Assembly (NCBI GenBank): GCA_040217195.1
Contig: JAVJNR010000004.1
Span: forward strand, 832,001 to 896,000
Length of the DNA: 64,000 nt
Reading direction: 5' to 3'
Origin: Leptospiraceae bacterium
Lineage (GTDB): Bacteria; Spirochaetota; Leptospiria; Leptospirales; Leptonemataceae
A model generated the notes under the pieces. The model worked only from the letters and a program-made list of their open reading frames with translations. It was not told the origin of the DNA and made no database searches. Of the stretch, positions 29,964 to 40,404 are shown in pieces; position 1 is the stretch's first letter; every line of letters starts with the position of its first letter. The translations under genes were made by a program, and so were the position numbers.

Positions 29964-30173
29964 TCCCTGGCGTTAATACGATTCTTTTTGTCACCAATCC
30001 TTGTCTTCGAAACAATAGAATTCCAATCGACTTTAGAAGCAACCTGGAAGTAATTCAAGTTGCTTGCATACCTTGGTATCCTTAAGGCGAGCTAGAGACG
30101 TTGGGTGCGTCGAGATCCCCCTGAATGATCTGTATGAATCAGACGAATCTGTAGAGAAACTGCAGTCCCGGGC

Positions 30174-31364
30174 TTAAAGGGTACGACGCAAAGCCAGGTA
30201 GACTCCCACATCTGGAGTGGTAGAGTAAGTCAGAAAGTTTTCTATTAACGCCAATTCCAGGCGATAGGGACCGGCATCCGTGCTAAAGCCAATGCCGAGC
30301 TGATGTCCATCGGCGGACAGTCGACCAAAGTCCTTCACAGGAGAGCTGAAGTAAACGTATTCAAGAAAAAGATCTGTGCCCTCCAGATCGTAACCCAACC
30401 TGGGACGAAAGGCCCATTGCTGGGCCGGTAATTCCAGGATTCTGAATGTTCGATCCTCGAAGGCTGTGTAAGAAAAGCCCATCAACCAGTACATCTCATA
30501 AGGTTCTCTCTCGGAGCGAAGCAAAAAGGAAAGGGATGCCACTCTGCCGGTATTTCCGGCAACCAGGCTGGATGAACCTTCCAGAGAAGCCTGAAGCGAA
30601 ATCACAGCACTTTTTGCAGAGAAGAATCCATCGCCTAGAGCCAGTGGAAACTGGTAGTCCATATAGAAGCGAACGTCCCCTGGCCCGGAACGGTTGCCGG
30701 CCGACAATGAATCCTCCGGAAACCAACGGGGCTCAAAACCTGCCATGTACAGGGTTTCCGGGTCAACAGAAAGCGAAAGGGGCGGATCCAGCGGCGTGCG
30801 AGGATACTTTCTGGGCAAATAGTTATCCTCAAGCAACCGCTCCATTCGCATAAGCAACGGATAGAAAGGACCCAGAGGCTCATAACTAATGTTCATTTGA
30901 TCCCTGGGAAATCGGTCCCTCTGCCCCTGGGTGACTCCTATGGAGGAATGAAATCGTTCAATGGATTCATCCAGTATACCGCCCCCCTGGATCACGTAAG
31001 GGGCCACCACTCCAATTCGGATGCGATCCGAAAGTCCATAGGCCAGACCTGCGTTCAGAGAAACCTCTTCTCCATCCAGAATAAACCGATCCGATTGGAT
31101 GGACCATACATTCATCCAGTTCGCTGCAATTACAATTTGCCAGTCCCCCTGCACCCAGGGTTCATCGCCTCTAGGCAAGTGTGGCAATCGAATGGACTGA
31201 AAGGTAGCCGCGTAAGGAGATTCGATATAGGCAAAGGCGGATCCCGGGACCCAGAAAAGAAGACAGGAAACTGGAAGCAAAAGCATCCGCAGACCCTTCC
31301 GAATCCCCGGGCCAGCTTTCGGCACACTGGCTGAAAATGCGGACTCTGCAGATTGCAGTGACAT
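30174..31364 (-). CDS. DUF3187-like outer-membrane beta-barrel protein
   Basis: Signal peptide; LDGE, GGILDESIERFH, alternating beta strands and ENF..TTPDVG at the C-terminus. Confidence 0.7.
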   Translation of the reverse strand: MSLQSAESAFSASVPKAGPGIRKGLRMLLLPVSCLLFWVPGSAFAYIESPYAATFQSIRLPHLPRGDEPWVQGDWQIVIAANWMNVWSIQSDRFILDGEEVSLNAGLAYGLSDRIRIGVVAPYVIQGGGILDESIERFHSSIGVTQGQRDRFPRDQMNISYEPLGPFYPLLMRMERLLEDNYLPRKYPRTPLDPPLSLSVDPETLYMAGFEPRWFPEDSLSAGNRSGPGDVRFYMDYQFPLALGDGFFSAKSAVISLQASLEGSSSLVAGNTGRVASLSFLLRSEREPYEMYWLMGFSYTAFEDRTFRILELPAQQWAFRPRLGYDLEGTDLFLEYVYFSSPVKDFGRLSADGHQLGIGFSTDAGPYRLELALIENFLTYSTTPDVGVYLALRRTL

Positions 31365-31366
31365 GA

Positions 31367-32416
31367 TTATATTTTCATACTGCTAAATTCGTACTCCACA
31401 ACTTTTTTATGTCCGTAGAACAGTCCCAGAATGCCCCACCAGACGCCCAGACCATAGAAGAAATGCACACAGAAGAAAAGAAAGGGCAGTCGAAACATGG
31501 CCAGAGCCGGCCGCGGAGGGCGCATCTTTGCAAATGTCTGGGCGCCGGCAAACATAAGAAGAGAAATGTAGGCAGGCAGACTCAAAGCATAGGAAGTGGC
31601 CCATAGAGTCCAGGGCCAGGCAAGAAGATCCGAGGCAGATCTTAGCTGGATGGGACCGGAAGTGAGCTCGCCAGAGTTTAGCAGGCCTGCAATACATGCA
31701 GGCAGGGCCATTAGAAAGAGACTGAACAATGCAGGAAGAAAGAATACCAGGTTGGCAGCCCTGAAATCTACGGTCATTTGCTTGAAACGGCCGCGGCCAT
31801 AGCCCATTAGCATGCGAATGAACGATTTCAGATTGGGTCTGGGACTGCGATGAACTCGAATCTCAGGATCATACATCAGTCGATAGCCGGCGCTCTGGAT
31901 TCGATTCATGAATTCATTCTCTTCGTTGGGATAGAGATCCTCACGAAATTGACCGAGTTCATCAAGAATAGATTTGCGAATGAAAAGGTTGCATAGAATC
32001 AGCTCCCTGTCGCTGGCCTCTCGCACGGAGCCAGAGGAACGATACCGATCAGCAACCGGGCCAACTGCCATAGGCGAAGCGAGAATTGCTGAGAATTCTC
32101 GCTGCAGCCCTTCCTGCCCTTCCCGGGGCAGATTGGGGCCTCCAACAACGGCCACCTTTGGATCTTCAAATAGACTCAATGCCCTTTGAAAGTTCTGTGG
32201 CTCCGGCTCGGAATCGTTGTCCAGAAAATATATGAACGGACTGTTGCTCTCCCGGATGCATGCATTCCTCTGTACCGATGGATGATTTCCCGAAACGGTG
32301 AAGAGCTCCAGGTCAATGCCAGTACGATCCATCTGCTTTAGATGAAATACGGCCTCTTCCAGAGACTCTTCTTTTCGATGAGGAATGATTACAGTAAGGC
32401 CCGATGCCTGAGACAT
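31367..32416 (-). CDS. Glycosyltransferase family 2 with C-terminal TM helices
   Basis: VIIP, QRNACI, FLDND, NEENEF and YGRGR motifs; ATG 32416 has an AGGA RBS (alternative TTG 32440). Confidence 0.88.
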   Translation of the reverse strand: MSQASGLTVIIPHRKEESLEEAVFHLKQMDRTGIDLELFTVSGNHPSVQRNACIRESNSPFIYFLDNDSEPEPQNFQRALSLFEDPKVAVVGGPNLPREGQEGLQREFSAILASPMAVGPVADRYRSSGSVREASDRELILCNLFIRKSILDELGQFREDLYPNEENEFMNRIQSAGYRLMYDPEIRVHRSPRPNLKSFIRMLMGYGRGRFKQMTVDFRAANLVFFLPALFSLFLMALPACIAGLLNSGELTSGPIQLRSASDLLAWPWTLWATSYALSLPAYISLLMFAGAQTFAKMRPPRPALAMFRLPFLFFCVHFFYGLGVWWGILGLFYGHKKVVEYEFSSMKI

Positions 32417-32442
32417 GGGCCATTCCTGTAGAAAATGCAACC

Positions 32443-33537
32443 TCAGGCGAGGATTTTTTTAGCTACCAGGCCAGCAGCTCTGGTGCCTGCTTTAGTAAAC
32501 TCACCTGCATTGAAGCTAATGTTGCAGCTTGCATTGCATTCATGGGTACAGAAACACTTGGTGTCTACTACCCAGTCCGCGATCTCTTTATTCCTTTTGC
32601 TGAACCAGAGTTTGCGAAAATCCATGTCGAAATCTCGAATATTTCCAATAAACTTTTCTGGTCCAAACATTTCGCAGGGGTACACATCTCCGTTGGGATA
32701 GAGCACTCCGAAAATGCGAGATGCATAGCATAGAGTCTGAAACTTCTTCTCTTCGTATGTCTTTAGAATTAGATCATACCTGCGAGTGGACATAGCAGCC
32801 AGGAAGGGATCAAAGCCGGGAAGCTTGGCATCCATCAAATCGCTTTTAATTCTCTGAGTCACCTTTCGGAACTTATTGATATCGATGTTTTTAACGGCCG
32901 GGTCTTTCGGGGTACCTCGGATCAGGTTAATGGTGACGTTATCCGGGCCTTGATCTTTCAGATGATCGTAAACATCATCAATCTGGTCCTGGTTGGTAGC
33001 AGTAAATGTGGTGATGAATCCCATTCGAAGGTTCTTGTACTCCTTCTTCATTGGCTTCAATTCATCGAAAGTCTTCATGGTTGTTCGAAACAACCCTGAT
33101 CCGCCTTTTCCACCTGAGCGAATTCGGTTGTGCTCATCTTCCAGGCCATCCACTGAGAAGTTGAGAGTTACCAGCATATCCGGGCACTTCTCCAGCAACC
33201 TTGGAAGTATCTCCTGAGTTTTCTTCAGATAGGTTCCGTTTGTGGGAATGGTCAGATAGTTGGTCTGATTATGTTTGTAAAAAGCATGGGTAACGTCATC
33301 CAGATCATCCCTGAGAAAAGGCTCTCCACCGCTGTAATTCAAGACCGGAAAGGGATCCATTGTAGAAGCCATTTGATCTATTTCATCTACGGTCATTTCC
33401 TGAGTGGGCAGATTCAATTCAGCTGAATAGAAGCAATGTTCGCATTTCAGGTTGCAACGATTGGTGACAAAGAAAGTTAAATAGAGAGGTGTTCGGCCCC
33501 CTTTGTAAAACAAACGGGGAATATAACGTGCTAGCAT
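32443..33537 (-). CDS. Radical SAM protein with SPASM/Twitch domain
   Basis: CNLKCEHC, SGGEP, CYAS..NGDVYPCE and CFCTHECNASC motifs; GGAGG RBS. Confidence 0.9.
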   Translation of the reverse strand: MLARYIPRLFYKGGRTPLYLTFFVTNRCNLKCEHCFYSAELNLPTQEMTVDEIDQMASTMDPFPVLNYSGGEPFLRDDLDDVTHAFYKHNQTNYLTIPTNGTYLKKTQEILPRLLEKCPDMLVTLNFSVDGLEDEHNRIRSGGKGGSGLFRTTMKTFDELKPMKKEYKNLRMGFITTFTATNQDQIDDVYDHLKDQGPDNVTINLIRGTPKDPAVKNIDINKFRKVTQRIKSDLMDAKLPGFDPFLAAMSTRRYDLILKTYEEKKFQTLCYASRIFGVLYPNGDVYPCEMFGPEKFIGNIRDFDMDFRKLWFSKRNKEIADWVVDTKCFCTHECNASCNISFNAGEFTKAGTRAAGLVAKKILA

Positions 33538-33765
33538 GAAGTCCTCCAGAGCTTACATCCATCCGGGATGCAGGTTCGGATTCTAATAAAGATTTTTCTA
33601 GTAAAAGACCTTTTAACAGTCTTGCGACAGTTAAAGGTACCCCCGGGCCTGCAGGCAACCCTTTTTTGCACTGCACTATAAGCTTCCACCCGGATCCTAA
33701 GACAGATTGGCCATGTCCTGGCAGCCTTCAAATCAATTGCAAAAATCCGCACACTGGTACAACGT

Positions 33766-33819
33766 AAAACGGCGCCCTGAAGGACGCCGAGTTCAACCGG
33801 ATGCCCCCCCGGGCATCCG
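33766..33819 (-). terminator. Tandem hairpins/terminator after flaA1
   Basis: Perfect 9-bp stem at 33798-33819, then CGGCGTCC-TTCA-GGGCGCCG-TTTT on the minus strand. Confidence 0.7.
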
Positions 33820-33834
33820 AAAATTCAATAAGCC

Positions 33835-34863
33835 TTAATTTGGCTGATCGTTCAATGGCTTGGCCGGCCCAGGAGCCTGGCTGCAATCCTTCAGTTCAAT
33901 GGAATCCGGATTTCTGGCATGCTTTCGAATCATGTTCAGCAATTTATTCTTTCGCTGACAGTCTGCTTCATCGAAGTCCAGACCGGCACCATCAAAGTGC
34001 ACTTCGAATACGTTGGTAAGAATTCTAAGTTCATCAAAGAATATGTATACCGTTTCCAGTGAAGTTTCAGGAGTTGATCGCAGCTTGAACTGTCGGAACA
34101 CCAGGTTCTTGGTTTGTGGAAATGAGCTTACATCCTGAGGAACCTGACGTGGAATTTCCACACTTAGAGGTCTCCATCCTACGAAATCCACGGAACCGAA
34201 ATCGTAAATATGAGTATCTCCTTTCCAGTCCTCAATCCAGCCTTCCAGCTTGTATTCGTTTCCACGGCCCAGCACCCATACCGAAACCTGCTTAACCTGT
34301 CCGGGCAATTCCACTCCAGTAACACAGTCTACCATTTGAGCGCGATTGGTGTCCTTGCCGCCGGACAGCGCTTCATTGTCATAGCAACTTCTCTTCTGAT
34401 ATCCTTCAGCCAGAGCCAGCTCATTTAGATAAGGTCGAGGACGCTCCACAGTGTACTGATCCACAGATGGTGGTCGCACAGTTACTGTATTGTATCCGGG
34501 AAAAGTGAATGCATACTTAATACCAAGCACTCGGGCCTGCTCATAGCCTTCATTCTCTTTGATGTCCCGGGGGGTGCCCTTGATCAGTTTAACTTCTCTT
34601 TCAGACTGCAGGTTGGAAGCTTTTGGCTGATAGGGCCCTTTGGCTTTCACATCCTTATCGGTTAGCACTTCCCAGCCGTATCCTCCGCCCGAGTAGTCTC
34701 GATCCCAGCTCTCCACGGTAATGGCGCGAAGCTCTGCAGAACTAACATCGCTACCTACGGCGGTTTCAACGCCGGCCTGACCGGTTACGGCAAACCCTCC
34801 CAGGAGGGCAGCGACAGACAGAGCGCCTGCCACAGTAGTATAAGTTTTCCAGTTTGCTTTCAT
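33835..34863 (-). CDS. flaA1: Flagellar filament outer layer protein FlaA1
   Basis: Signal peptide; [23 protein letters not shown]...[12 protein letters not shown]; numbering inferred from Leptospira gene order and size. Confidence 0.85.
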   Translation of the reverse strand: MKANWKTYTTVAGALSVAALLGGFAVTGQAGVETAVGSDVSSAELRAITVESWDRDYSGGGYGWEVLTDKDVKAKGPYQPKASNLQSEREVKLIKGTPRDIKENEGYEQARVLGIKYAFTFPGYNTVTVRPPSVDQYTVERPRPYLNELALAEGYQKRSCYDNEALSGGKDTNRAQMVDCVTGVELPGQVKQVSVWVLGRGNEYKLEGWIEDWKGDTHIYDFGSVDFVGWRPLSVEIPRQVPQDVSSFPQTKNLVFRQFKLRSTPETSLETVYIFFDELRILTNVFEVHFDGAGLDFDEADCQRKNKLLNMIRKHARNPDSIELKDCSQAPGPAKPLNDQPN

Positions 34864-34890
34864 AGATCTATCCCCAATTCGATCCCAATC

Positions 34891-35598
34891 TTACCAGTTG
34901 TCCTTGATCTCGGATCCCGGGTATTGCTGCTCGCTTTGATCCACCAGAACTTTCAATCCATCTACATAGAAGTAAAAAGTTCCGGGGACTTCATGCACAT
35001 CGTGCGTAACGAATAAACTTACGAAGTGCAAATTCTTATCCAGTAATGAATAACGTGTGCTCTGCGGTAGCCAACCAGGAACAGTTACGGTCAGCTTTCT
35101 CCATCCGAAGAAATCCAGCCGTCCCATCTCCAGCTTATGAAGCTTGCCGCGATAGTCGCGCACCTTAAGACTCAGAGTATGACGAAAGTTTCGGCCCAGA
35201 ACCCATACTGAGAACTGTCTTGCCTTTCCCTTAATCACATATTCATGTGGTGGCATGATCTCTACTCGATCAAAGCCTCGATCATCGAAAAAAGTTTTCA
35301 CTCCAAGAATGTGATTTGGATTATCCGGATTTTGCTGAAGGCTTAATGCTTCTTCTTCCGGAGGCCTTGCATTCTCATCGTCCGTGGCCCGGATTTCACC
35401 GCGCTGGACGATTTTCAATGTTTTAGTCTCGCCAAGCGGAGACGTTGAGTCCGCAATCCAATCCTCTGCTTCTTCGAAGGTCTCCAGGTCCATTAGCTGC
35501 AGCGGACTCTGGTTGGAAGGCTGCTGCGCCGGATCCTCTGCGAATATCGCATGAGAAGTTAGATAAATAGCGAGGAGTAAAAACATCCGTGTTTTCAT
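34891..35598 (-). CDS. flaA2: Flagellar filament outer layer protein FlaA2
   Basis: FSVWVLGRNFRHTL...LDFFGWRKLTV and EIKDNW; AGGAG RBS before ATG 35598. Confidence 0.85.
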   Translation of the reverse strand: MKTRMFLLLAIYLTSHAIFAEDPAQQPSNQSPLQLMDLETFEEAEDWIADSTSPLGETKTLKIVQRGEIRATDDENARPPEEEALSLQQNPDNPNHILGVKTFFDDRGFDRVEIMPPHEYVIKGKARQFSVWVLGRNFRHTLSLKVRDYRGKLHKLEMGRLDFFGWRKLTVTVPGWLPQSTRYSLLDKNLHFVSLFVTHDVHEVPGTFYFYVDGLKVLVDQSEQQYPGSEIKDNW

Positions 35599-35730
35599 AT
35601 AAGTGCTCCTAATACTGGTCCTTTCTTTTATCGGTGGAATTGAAAGCAAACCTGGCATATGCCCGGGATTTTTCGGTCTAAAAAAGAAAAAAGCAATCGT
35701 TTTCTGCCACCCAGTTTTCATACACAGTTC

Positions 35731-36909
35731 ATGACATCGGCAGTTATCATCGACGGAATGAGGTCTCCTTTTGGGAATTTTGGAGGCTTTTTAAGGGACA
35801 TAAGTCCCGCGGACCTGGGGGCCCATGTGGTACAGGGGGCCATTCAGAGAGCCGGCCTACCTGCAAAAGAAATAAGAGAAATCATCATGGGCAACGTGCT
35901 ACAGACAAATGGACAGAGCGCCTATGTGGCCCGGCATGCTGGACTTAAAGCCGGCATGGACATCCGAGTGCCTGCGTTGACTGTGAACCGACTGTGCGGC
36001 TCCGGTATGGAATCCGTGGCCATCGCCGCAGCCAACATCTTACTGGGGCATACCAGGACTGCCGTGGCCGGTGGCGTAGAAGTAATGAGCCAGGTGCCGC
36101 ATACAACCCAGGCAATTCGCCGTGGCGTAAAGATGGGTAATCTGGAGCTAGAAGATATGCTAACCAACGGTTTGTTCGATGGCATGGCCGGTGTGGCCAT
36201 GGGAGGCACAGCCGAGAATCTGGCTCTGGACTACCAGATTAGCAGGGAAAAACAGGATGAGTGGGCTCTAATCTCACAGACCAGAGCTGAGCAAGCACGG
36301 GAAGCTGGCTACCTGGCAGAGGAGATTGCTCCTCTGGAAGTTTCCGATGGTCGGGAAATGATCGATTTCACGGATGATGAATTTATCAAAGGGGCTGCAG
36401 TTAAAGACAAGCTTCCTCGTCTAAAGCCTGCCTTTCAAAAGGAAGGCACAGTAACGCCTGGAAATTCATCCGGGATAAACGATGGAGCCTCGGCCATGGT
36501 TGTAACATCTGAAGATTACGCAAAAGAGAACGGCCTCAAACCTCTGGCTCGAATTCGCTCCTGGGCCACCGCCGGCTGCAGGCCCGATCGTATGGGTCTG
36601 GGGCCTGCATTTGCCATTCCTCTGGCTCTGGAACGAGCCGGTATTGCTGCAGAGGATGTGGATCTGTACGAAATCAATGAAGCTTTCGCGGCCCAGTTCC
36701 TGGCGGTTCAGGAAGAACTGGACCTGGATAAGGAACGCACCAATGTAAACGGTGGTGCCATTGCTCTTGGTCATCCTCTGGGAGCTTCGGGCAACCGTGT
36801 GCTTTTAACTTTGATTCGAGAACTGCAGCGCAGAAAGAAAAGCATTGGAGTGGCCTCTCTATGCATTGGTGGTGGTCAGGGCATTGCCATGGTTGTGGAG
36901 GCCATGTAG
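35731..36909 (+). CDS. Thiolase (acetyl-CoA C-acyltransferase)
   Basis: NRLCGSG, EINEAFA, GAIALGHP and CIGGGQG motifs. Confidence 0.95.
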   Translation: MTSAVIIDGMRSPFGNFGGFLRDISPADLGAHVVQGAIQRAGLPAKEIREIIMGNVLQTNGQSAYVARHAGLKAGMDIRVPALTVNRLCGSGMESVAIAAANILLGHTRTAVAGGVEVMSQVPHTTQAIRRGVKMGNLELEDMLTNGLFDGMAGVAMGGTAENLALDYQISREKQDEWALISQTRAEQAREAGYLAEEIAPLEVSDGREMIDFTDDEFIKGAAVKDKLPRLKPAFQKEGTVTPGNSSGINDGASAMVVTSEDYAKENGLKPLARIRSWATAGCRPDRMGLGPAFAIPLALERAGIAAEDVDLYEINEAFAAQFLAVQEELDLDKERTNVNGGAIALGHPLGASGNRVLLTLIRELQRRKKSIGVASLCIGGGQGIAMVVEAM

Positions 36910-37079
36910 GAACCGGCTTTCCAATACAGCTAGCCGGGCTCGACCTGCGCGAGCCAGATTATCTCGAAAAATCAGTATTGCATTCACCCAAAAACCCGGC
37001 CAGCCATAATAATTACTGAGCCGGGTGTGGGCTATAGACTCAAAGAATTGCCGCCCATGGACAAACCATCGTGAGCGGA

Positions 37080-37898
37080 TTATTTATCGGTTTTACTCAA
37101 GTTTGCCTTCTGGTGGCAGTTCCATTCAAAGATAAAGCTGCCAAAGGGAAACTGTGCCGCAACAAAGCCCATTACCATCCTCTTCCAGCTCCAACCAAGA
37201 AATATTCCGGTGAACAACAGAGAACCAACATAGAGCACAAACATCACTCCATGGATCCAGCCCACCAACCCCGTGCCATTATCCAGTACAATCTCCGCCG
37301 CATATTTGAGAGGCATGTAAATAAGCATCAGAAGGATGATTGAAAGCCCCTCAAATCGAGCTATCCATTGAAACCAGATCCAGGACTGCTTTGCATCCAG
37401 ACCGGTATGGATATTGAGGTTTGCTCTCTCCGTGCCTTCAGCAGAGGAGCGGTCGGACCGTTCGGTTTCTTTTTTTCGCGCCGCATACGGAACATAGAAT
37501 AGGGCCAGAGATAGAACGAACAGAATTATCTGAATCACTATCCAGACCAGAATAGACTCATCGCGCAACACCATGGAAATGATGGCTCCGGCCACCGAGG
37601 CTAAGGCCAGAGCGCCAAGCCATGCACGGTCAGTGGATCCATGAGCATATAGAGCATGTAGAAAAAGAGCCATTAAACTCCATCCAATGGCCCAGAAAAT
37701 CCAATCCTGGGAGAGTTGCTCTCTGGGCGAAGCCAGCATAGCATAGCCGGCAATCCAGGTTAATGCAAATCCTATGGAGGACCATTGCAGGCCACGAATT
37801 CTATTTCTACGCGTTGCAGTCGCCCCGCCAATAACACCGGAAACTAGCAGCGAAACAGCTAGAAGCTTAATCAGCCTCCAGATCAAATACTCATTCAT
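37080..37898 (-). CDS. Membrane protein with C-terminal DUF3817 domain
   Basis: Multiple TM helices; EGLS..MPLKY..GWIHGVMF..PFGSF. Confidence 0.75.
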   Translation of the reverse strand: MNEYLIWRLIKLLAVSLLVSGVIGGATATRRNRIRGLQWSSIGFALTWIAGYAMLASPREQLSQDWIFWAIGWSLMALFLHALYAHGSTDRAWLGALALASVAGAIISMVLRDESILVWIVIQIILFVLSLALFYVPYAARKKETERSDRSSAEGTERANLNIHTGLDAKQSWIWFQWIARFEGLSIILLMLIYMPLKYAAEIVLDNGTGLVGWIHGVMFVLYVGSLLFTGIFLGWSWKRMVMGFVAAQFPFGSFIFEWNCHQKANLSKTDK

Positions 37899-37964
37899 AG
37901 GACCTCCAGAAGAAAATGGACTCCCTTATTGTACAGAAACTTTGATAAGTCGGCACTCATTGAT

Positions 37965-38747
37965 TCAGGACGGCGATGGAAACCTGGGCCTTCGCCCTTC
38001 CCGTGCTGCAGCCAGTCCTTCCTTCGCTTCCGGATGGTCCAGGGATTTCAGATTTTCTGCCAGGTCTCTTTTTAGCATTTCCTGAAATGCTGCGGGCTCC
38101 ATTCGACTGGCCTCCCGGATGCTGGCCAGACCGGCACTGGAGGATTTCTTGAACCTGGATGCAATGCTAAGACATTTCTTTTCGATTTCTAATTCGGGAT
38201 GCAATGAATCTGCGTATCCACAGGCAAGCGCTTCCTGGGATTTTAATGCGCTTCCCTCCAGGACCTGACGGTTTGCTTCAGCATATCCAACAACCTTTTG
38301 CATTTCATAGATTATTATAGAAGGAATCCTTACAGCCAGCTTCACCTCTGGCAACCCTACCCTTGCTCCGCTATCGGTCATCAATCGGTAGTCCCCCATC
38401 AGTGCCAGCATGCAGCCGTAGCCCAGAGCATGCCCGCGGATGCCCGAGATCACAGGCACTGGCATATTGTAGATTAGATTCAGGTTTTTATAGAATGAAT
38501 TGAGCACGGATTTAATGTCAGCACCTTCTCCCAGTCCAGTCAGATCCAGACCGGCCGAAAAGAAACCTTCGCGTTTACTAAGAAGCAGCAAGCTCTTGAT
38601 GCCTCCTGCATTTGCCTCTTTGTTCGCTTCCATCAGTGCCTCTGAAAGCTCATCCAGAGCGGCTGCTGTGAATGCATTATTCTCGCTTATGTCAAGATAC
38701 ACAGCACCTGCATTTTGTTCTACTTTTTCAAATTGAATACTTCCCAC
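37965..38747 (-). CDS. Enoyl-CoA hydratase/isomerase
   Basis: FSAGLDL, GHALGYG and GLPEVKL motifs; GTG 38747 with GGAGG RBS. Confidence 0.9.
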   Translation of the reverse strand: MGSIQFEKVEQNAGAVYLDISENNAFTAAALDELSEALMEANKEANAGGIKSLLLLSKREGFFSAGLDLTGLGEGADIKSVLNSFYKNLNLIYNMPVPVISGIRGHALGYGCMLALMGDYRLMTDSGARVGLPEVKLAVRIPSIIIYEMQKVVGYAEANRQVLEGSALKSQEALACGYADSLHPELEIEKKCLSIASRFKKSSSAGLASIREASRMEPAAFQEMLKRDLAENLKSLDHPEAKEGLAAAREGRRPRFPSPS

Positions 38748-38800
38748 GATCTGTCCCTCCAAAAAAGTTTGACTCTTTGATGTCAGATTACAAGATAATA

Positions 38801-38818
38801 TAGTGGGACGTCCAACTA
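38801..38818. promoter_or_regulatory. Near-perfect 18-bp palindrome TAGTGGGACGTCCAACTA, probable MarR operator
   Basis: One mismatched pair; lies between the divergent crotonase and marR genes, over the marR GTG. Confidence 0.6.
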
Positions 38819-39273
38819 AAATCAGGCAGTACACTCTGAAATATGCCATGAGGATTTCAGAGTGGATAGAGGATTATATACGTCGTGAGTTGATTGCCCT
38901 GAATTATCCAGAGCTTGTGCTATCCCATTGCGAAATTCTAACATTCTTGAAACGAAAAGGGGCCAAAACTCAGGGAGAACTGGCCAGGGCCATTCATCGA
39001 GACAAATCCACTGTTTCTACTCTGGTCCGGAAACTGGCTCTACTGAAGCTAATTGAAATAGAAAAGAACCCTTCGGACGGTCGATCCAGAATTGTAAATC
39101 TCACCGACTCAGGACGAGTGCTGGCCAGGAAGCTTGCTTTGCGGTATGCAGCCTTGCAACGAGAAGTGGGACGGGTTCTCAATCAGCAGCAGAAAAGTGA
39201 CTTCTTCAAAATTACAGAAAGGCTATTCTCCCAGGCCATAGATACGCAGAAAATGCCCGGGGAACATCCATAG
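38803..39273 (+). CDS. MarR family regulator
   Basis: TQGELARAIHRDKSTVSTLVRKL..DGRSRIVNLT; alternative start ATG 38848. Confidence 0.9.
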   Translation: MGRPTKIRQYTLKYAMRISEWIEDYIRRELIALNYPELVLSHCEILTFLKRKGAKTQGELARAIHRDKSTVSTLVRKLALLKLIEIEKNPSDGRSRIVNLTDSGRVLARKLALRYAALQREVGRVLNQQQKSDFFKITERLFSQAIDTQKMPGEHP

Positions 39274-39401
39274 AGGCCGAAACAATCGCATTTGATCAGT
39301 GCCTGGCCTGGGCTTTTTTCCAGCGGGGATGATGCCCGCCAGGGGATGTACGGAAAATGCATTTACAGCCGGTCCGGTGGATTCCTGGCTCCAGAAATTA
39401 G

Positions 39402-40334
39402 TTATTTCGGAGGATCAACCAGGGTCCAGAAATCGTTCCAGTTGGCTTCTGTCAGGTTGTGACCTTCGCCCGGATAAATCTTGAATACAGGTTCCACTTT
39501 CGCATACATTCTAAAGAAATCTGCAGCAATGGGCGCCTGTTGCCTGACTCTGGGAACATCTTTTTCCCCAACTGCGATGAACAAAACTTTATCGCGAACC
39601 AGTCGATTCCATCCTTCCTGATACTCCTCTACAAACGGATTCATATCCACGTAGCCTTCATAGTAGTTTCCTTTAAAGCTTGCGAAGCCCGCATAGTCAA
39701 AGAGGTTCATTTCGACTCCGCCGGTTTGGCTGTAATAGTGCTTCACAACTTCATCTTCGTCCACTCCATCCATTTGCTCTGCATAGAGTGCGATTGACTG
39801 ATCATCAAACTGATTGAGACTGTTCACAAATGCCAGAACGGCAACATAGCCTCCGGCAGAGAAACCAATTGGATAAACCCGGTCTGGATCGAATATATCA
39901 TCGTCTTTCAGATTATTTAGAATGAGATTCACTGCCATCCTGGAATCGTTTGCGCCGCGAACATCTCCATTTCCCAGGGACCACCAATTCTGTGCACTGA
40001 TTAGAATAAATCCAAACTTCTGGGCTCTGTTCTTCATGTAATCGACTGAGTCTCGATAGTAGCCACGGTCCCTGGTATTTCCATGAAAGAACACAAGAAC
40101 GGGCCTATCTTTTCCTGCAACACCCACAGGAATAAAAACCATTACTTTTACAGATCCGGGGGCCTGCGAGTATCCACTAAAATTCACGGTGAGGTCATAT
40201 TCACCTGGTTTTCCATTTTTCAGCGGCGACGGGATGGAAACGGACTGAGCCTGGATGGGAGCATGGGCAAACCCCAACGCTATCAGAGTCAGTATTAAAA
40301 CGCTTGTGAAGAATCCGATTTCCTTTTTCCGCAT
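39402..40334 (-). CDS. Secreted alpha/beta hydrolase (esterase/depolymerase-like)
   Basis: Signal peptide; VFFHG, GFSAGG, GEKD and GEGH (putative catalytic triad). Confidence 0.78.
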   Translation of the reverse strand: MRKKEIGFFTSVLILTLIALGFAHAPIQAQSVSIPSPLKNGKPGEYDLTVNFSGYSQAPGSVKVMVFIPVGVAGKDRPVLVFFHGNTRDRGYYRDSVDYMKNRAQKFGFILISAQNWWSLGNGDVRGANDSRMAVNLILNNLKDDDIFDPDRVYPIGFSAGGYVAVLAFVNSLNQFDDQSIALYAEQMDGVDEDEVVKHYYSQTGGVEMNLFDYAGFASFKGNYYEGYVDMNPFVEEYQEGWNRLVRDKVLFIAVGEKDVPRVRQQAPIAADFFRMYAKVEPVFKIYPGEGHNLTEANWNDFWTLVDPPK

Positions 40335-40404
40335 GTTCGCCTCCGCTGTCTTTCATAGGACGCGAAAAATGGCTCCCACAGGGGCCAGGTGGTGCAAGAA
40401 TGAT

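Noticed and set aside
30174..35598. Co-transcription of the rSAM-GT2 operon with flaA as a flagellar glycosylation unit
   Set aside because: Two hairpins, one with a U-tail, and a ~300-bp gap separate them; adjacency alone is insufficient
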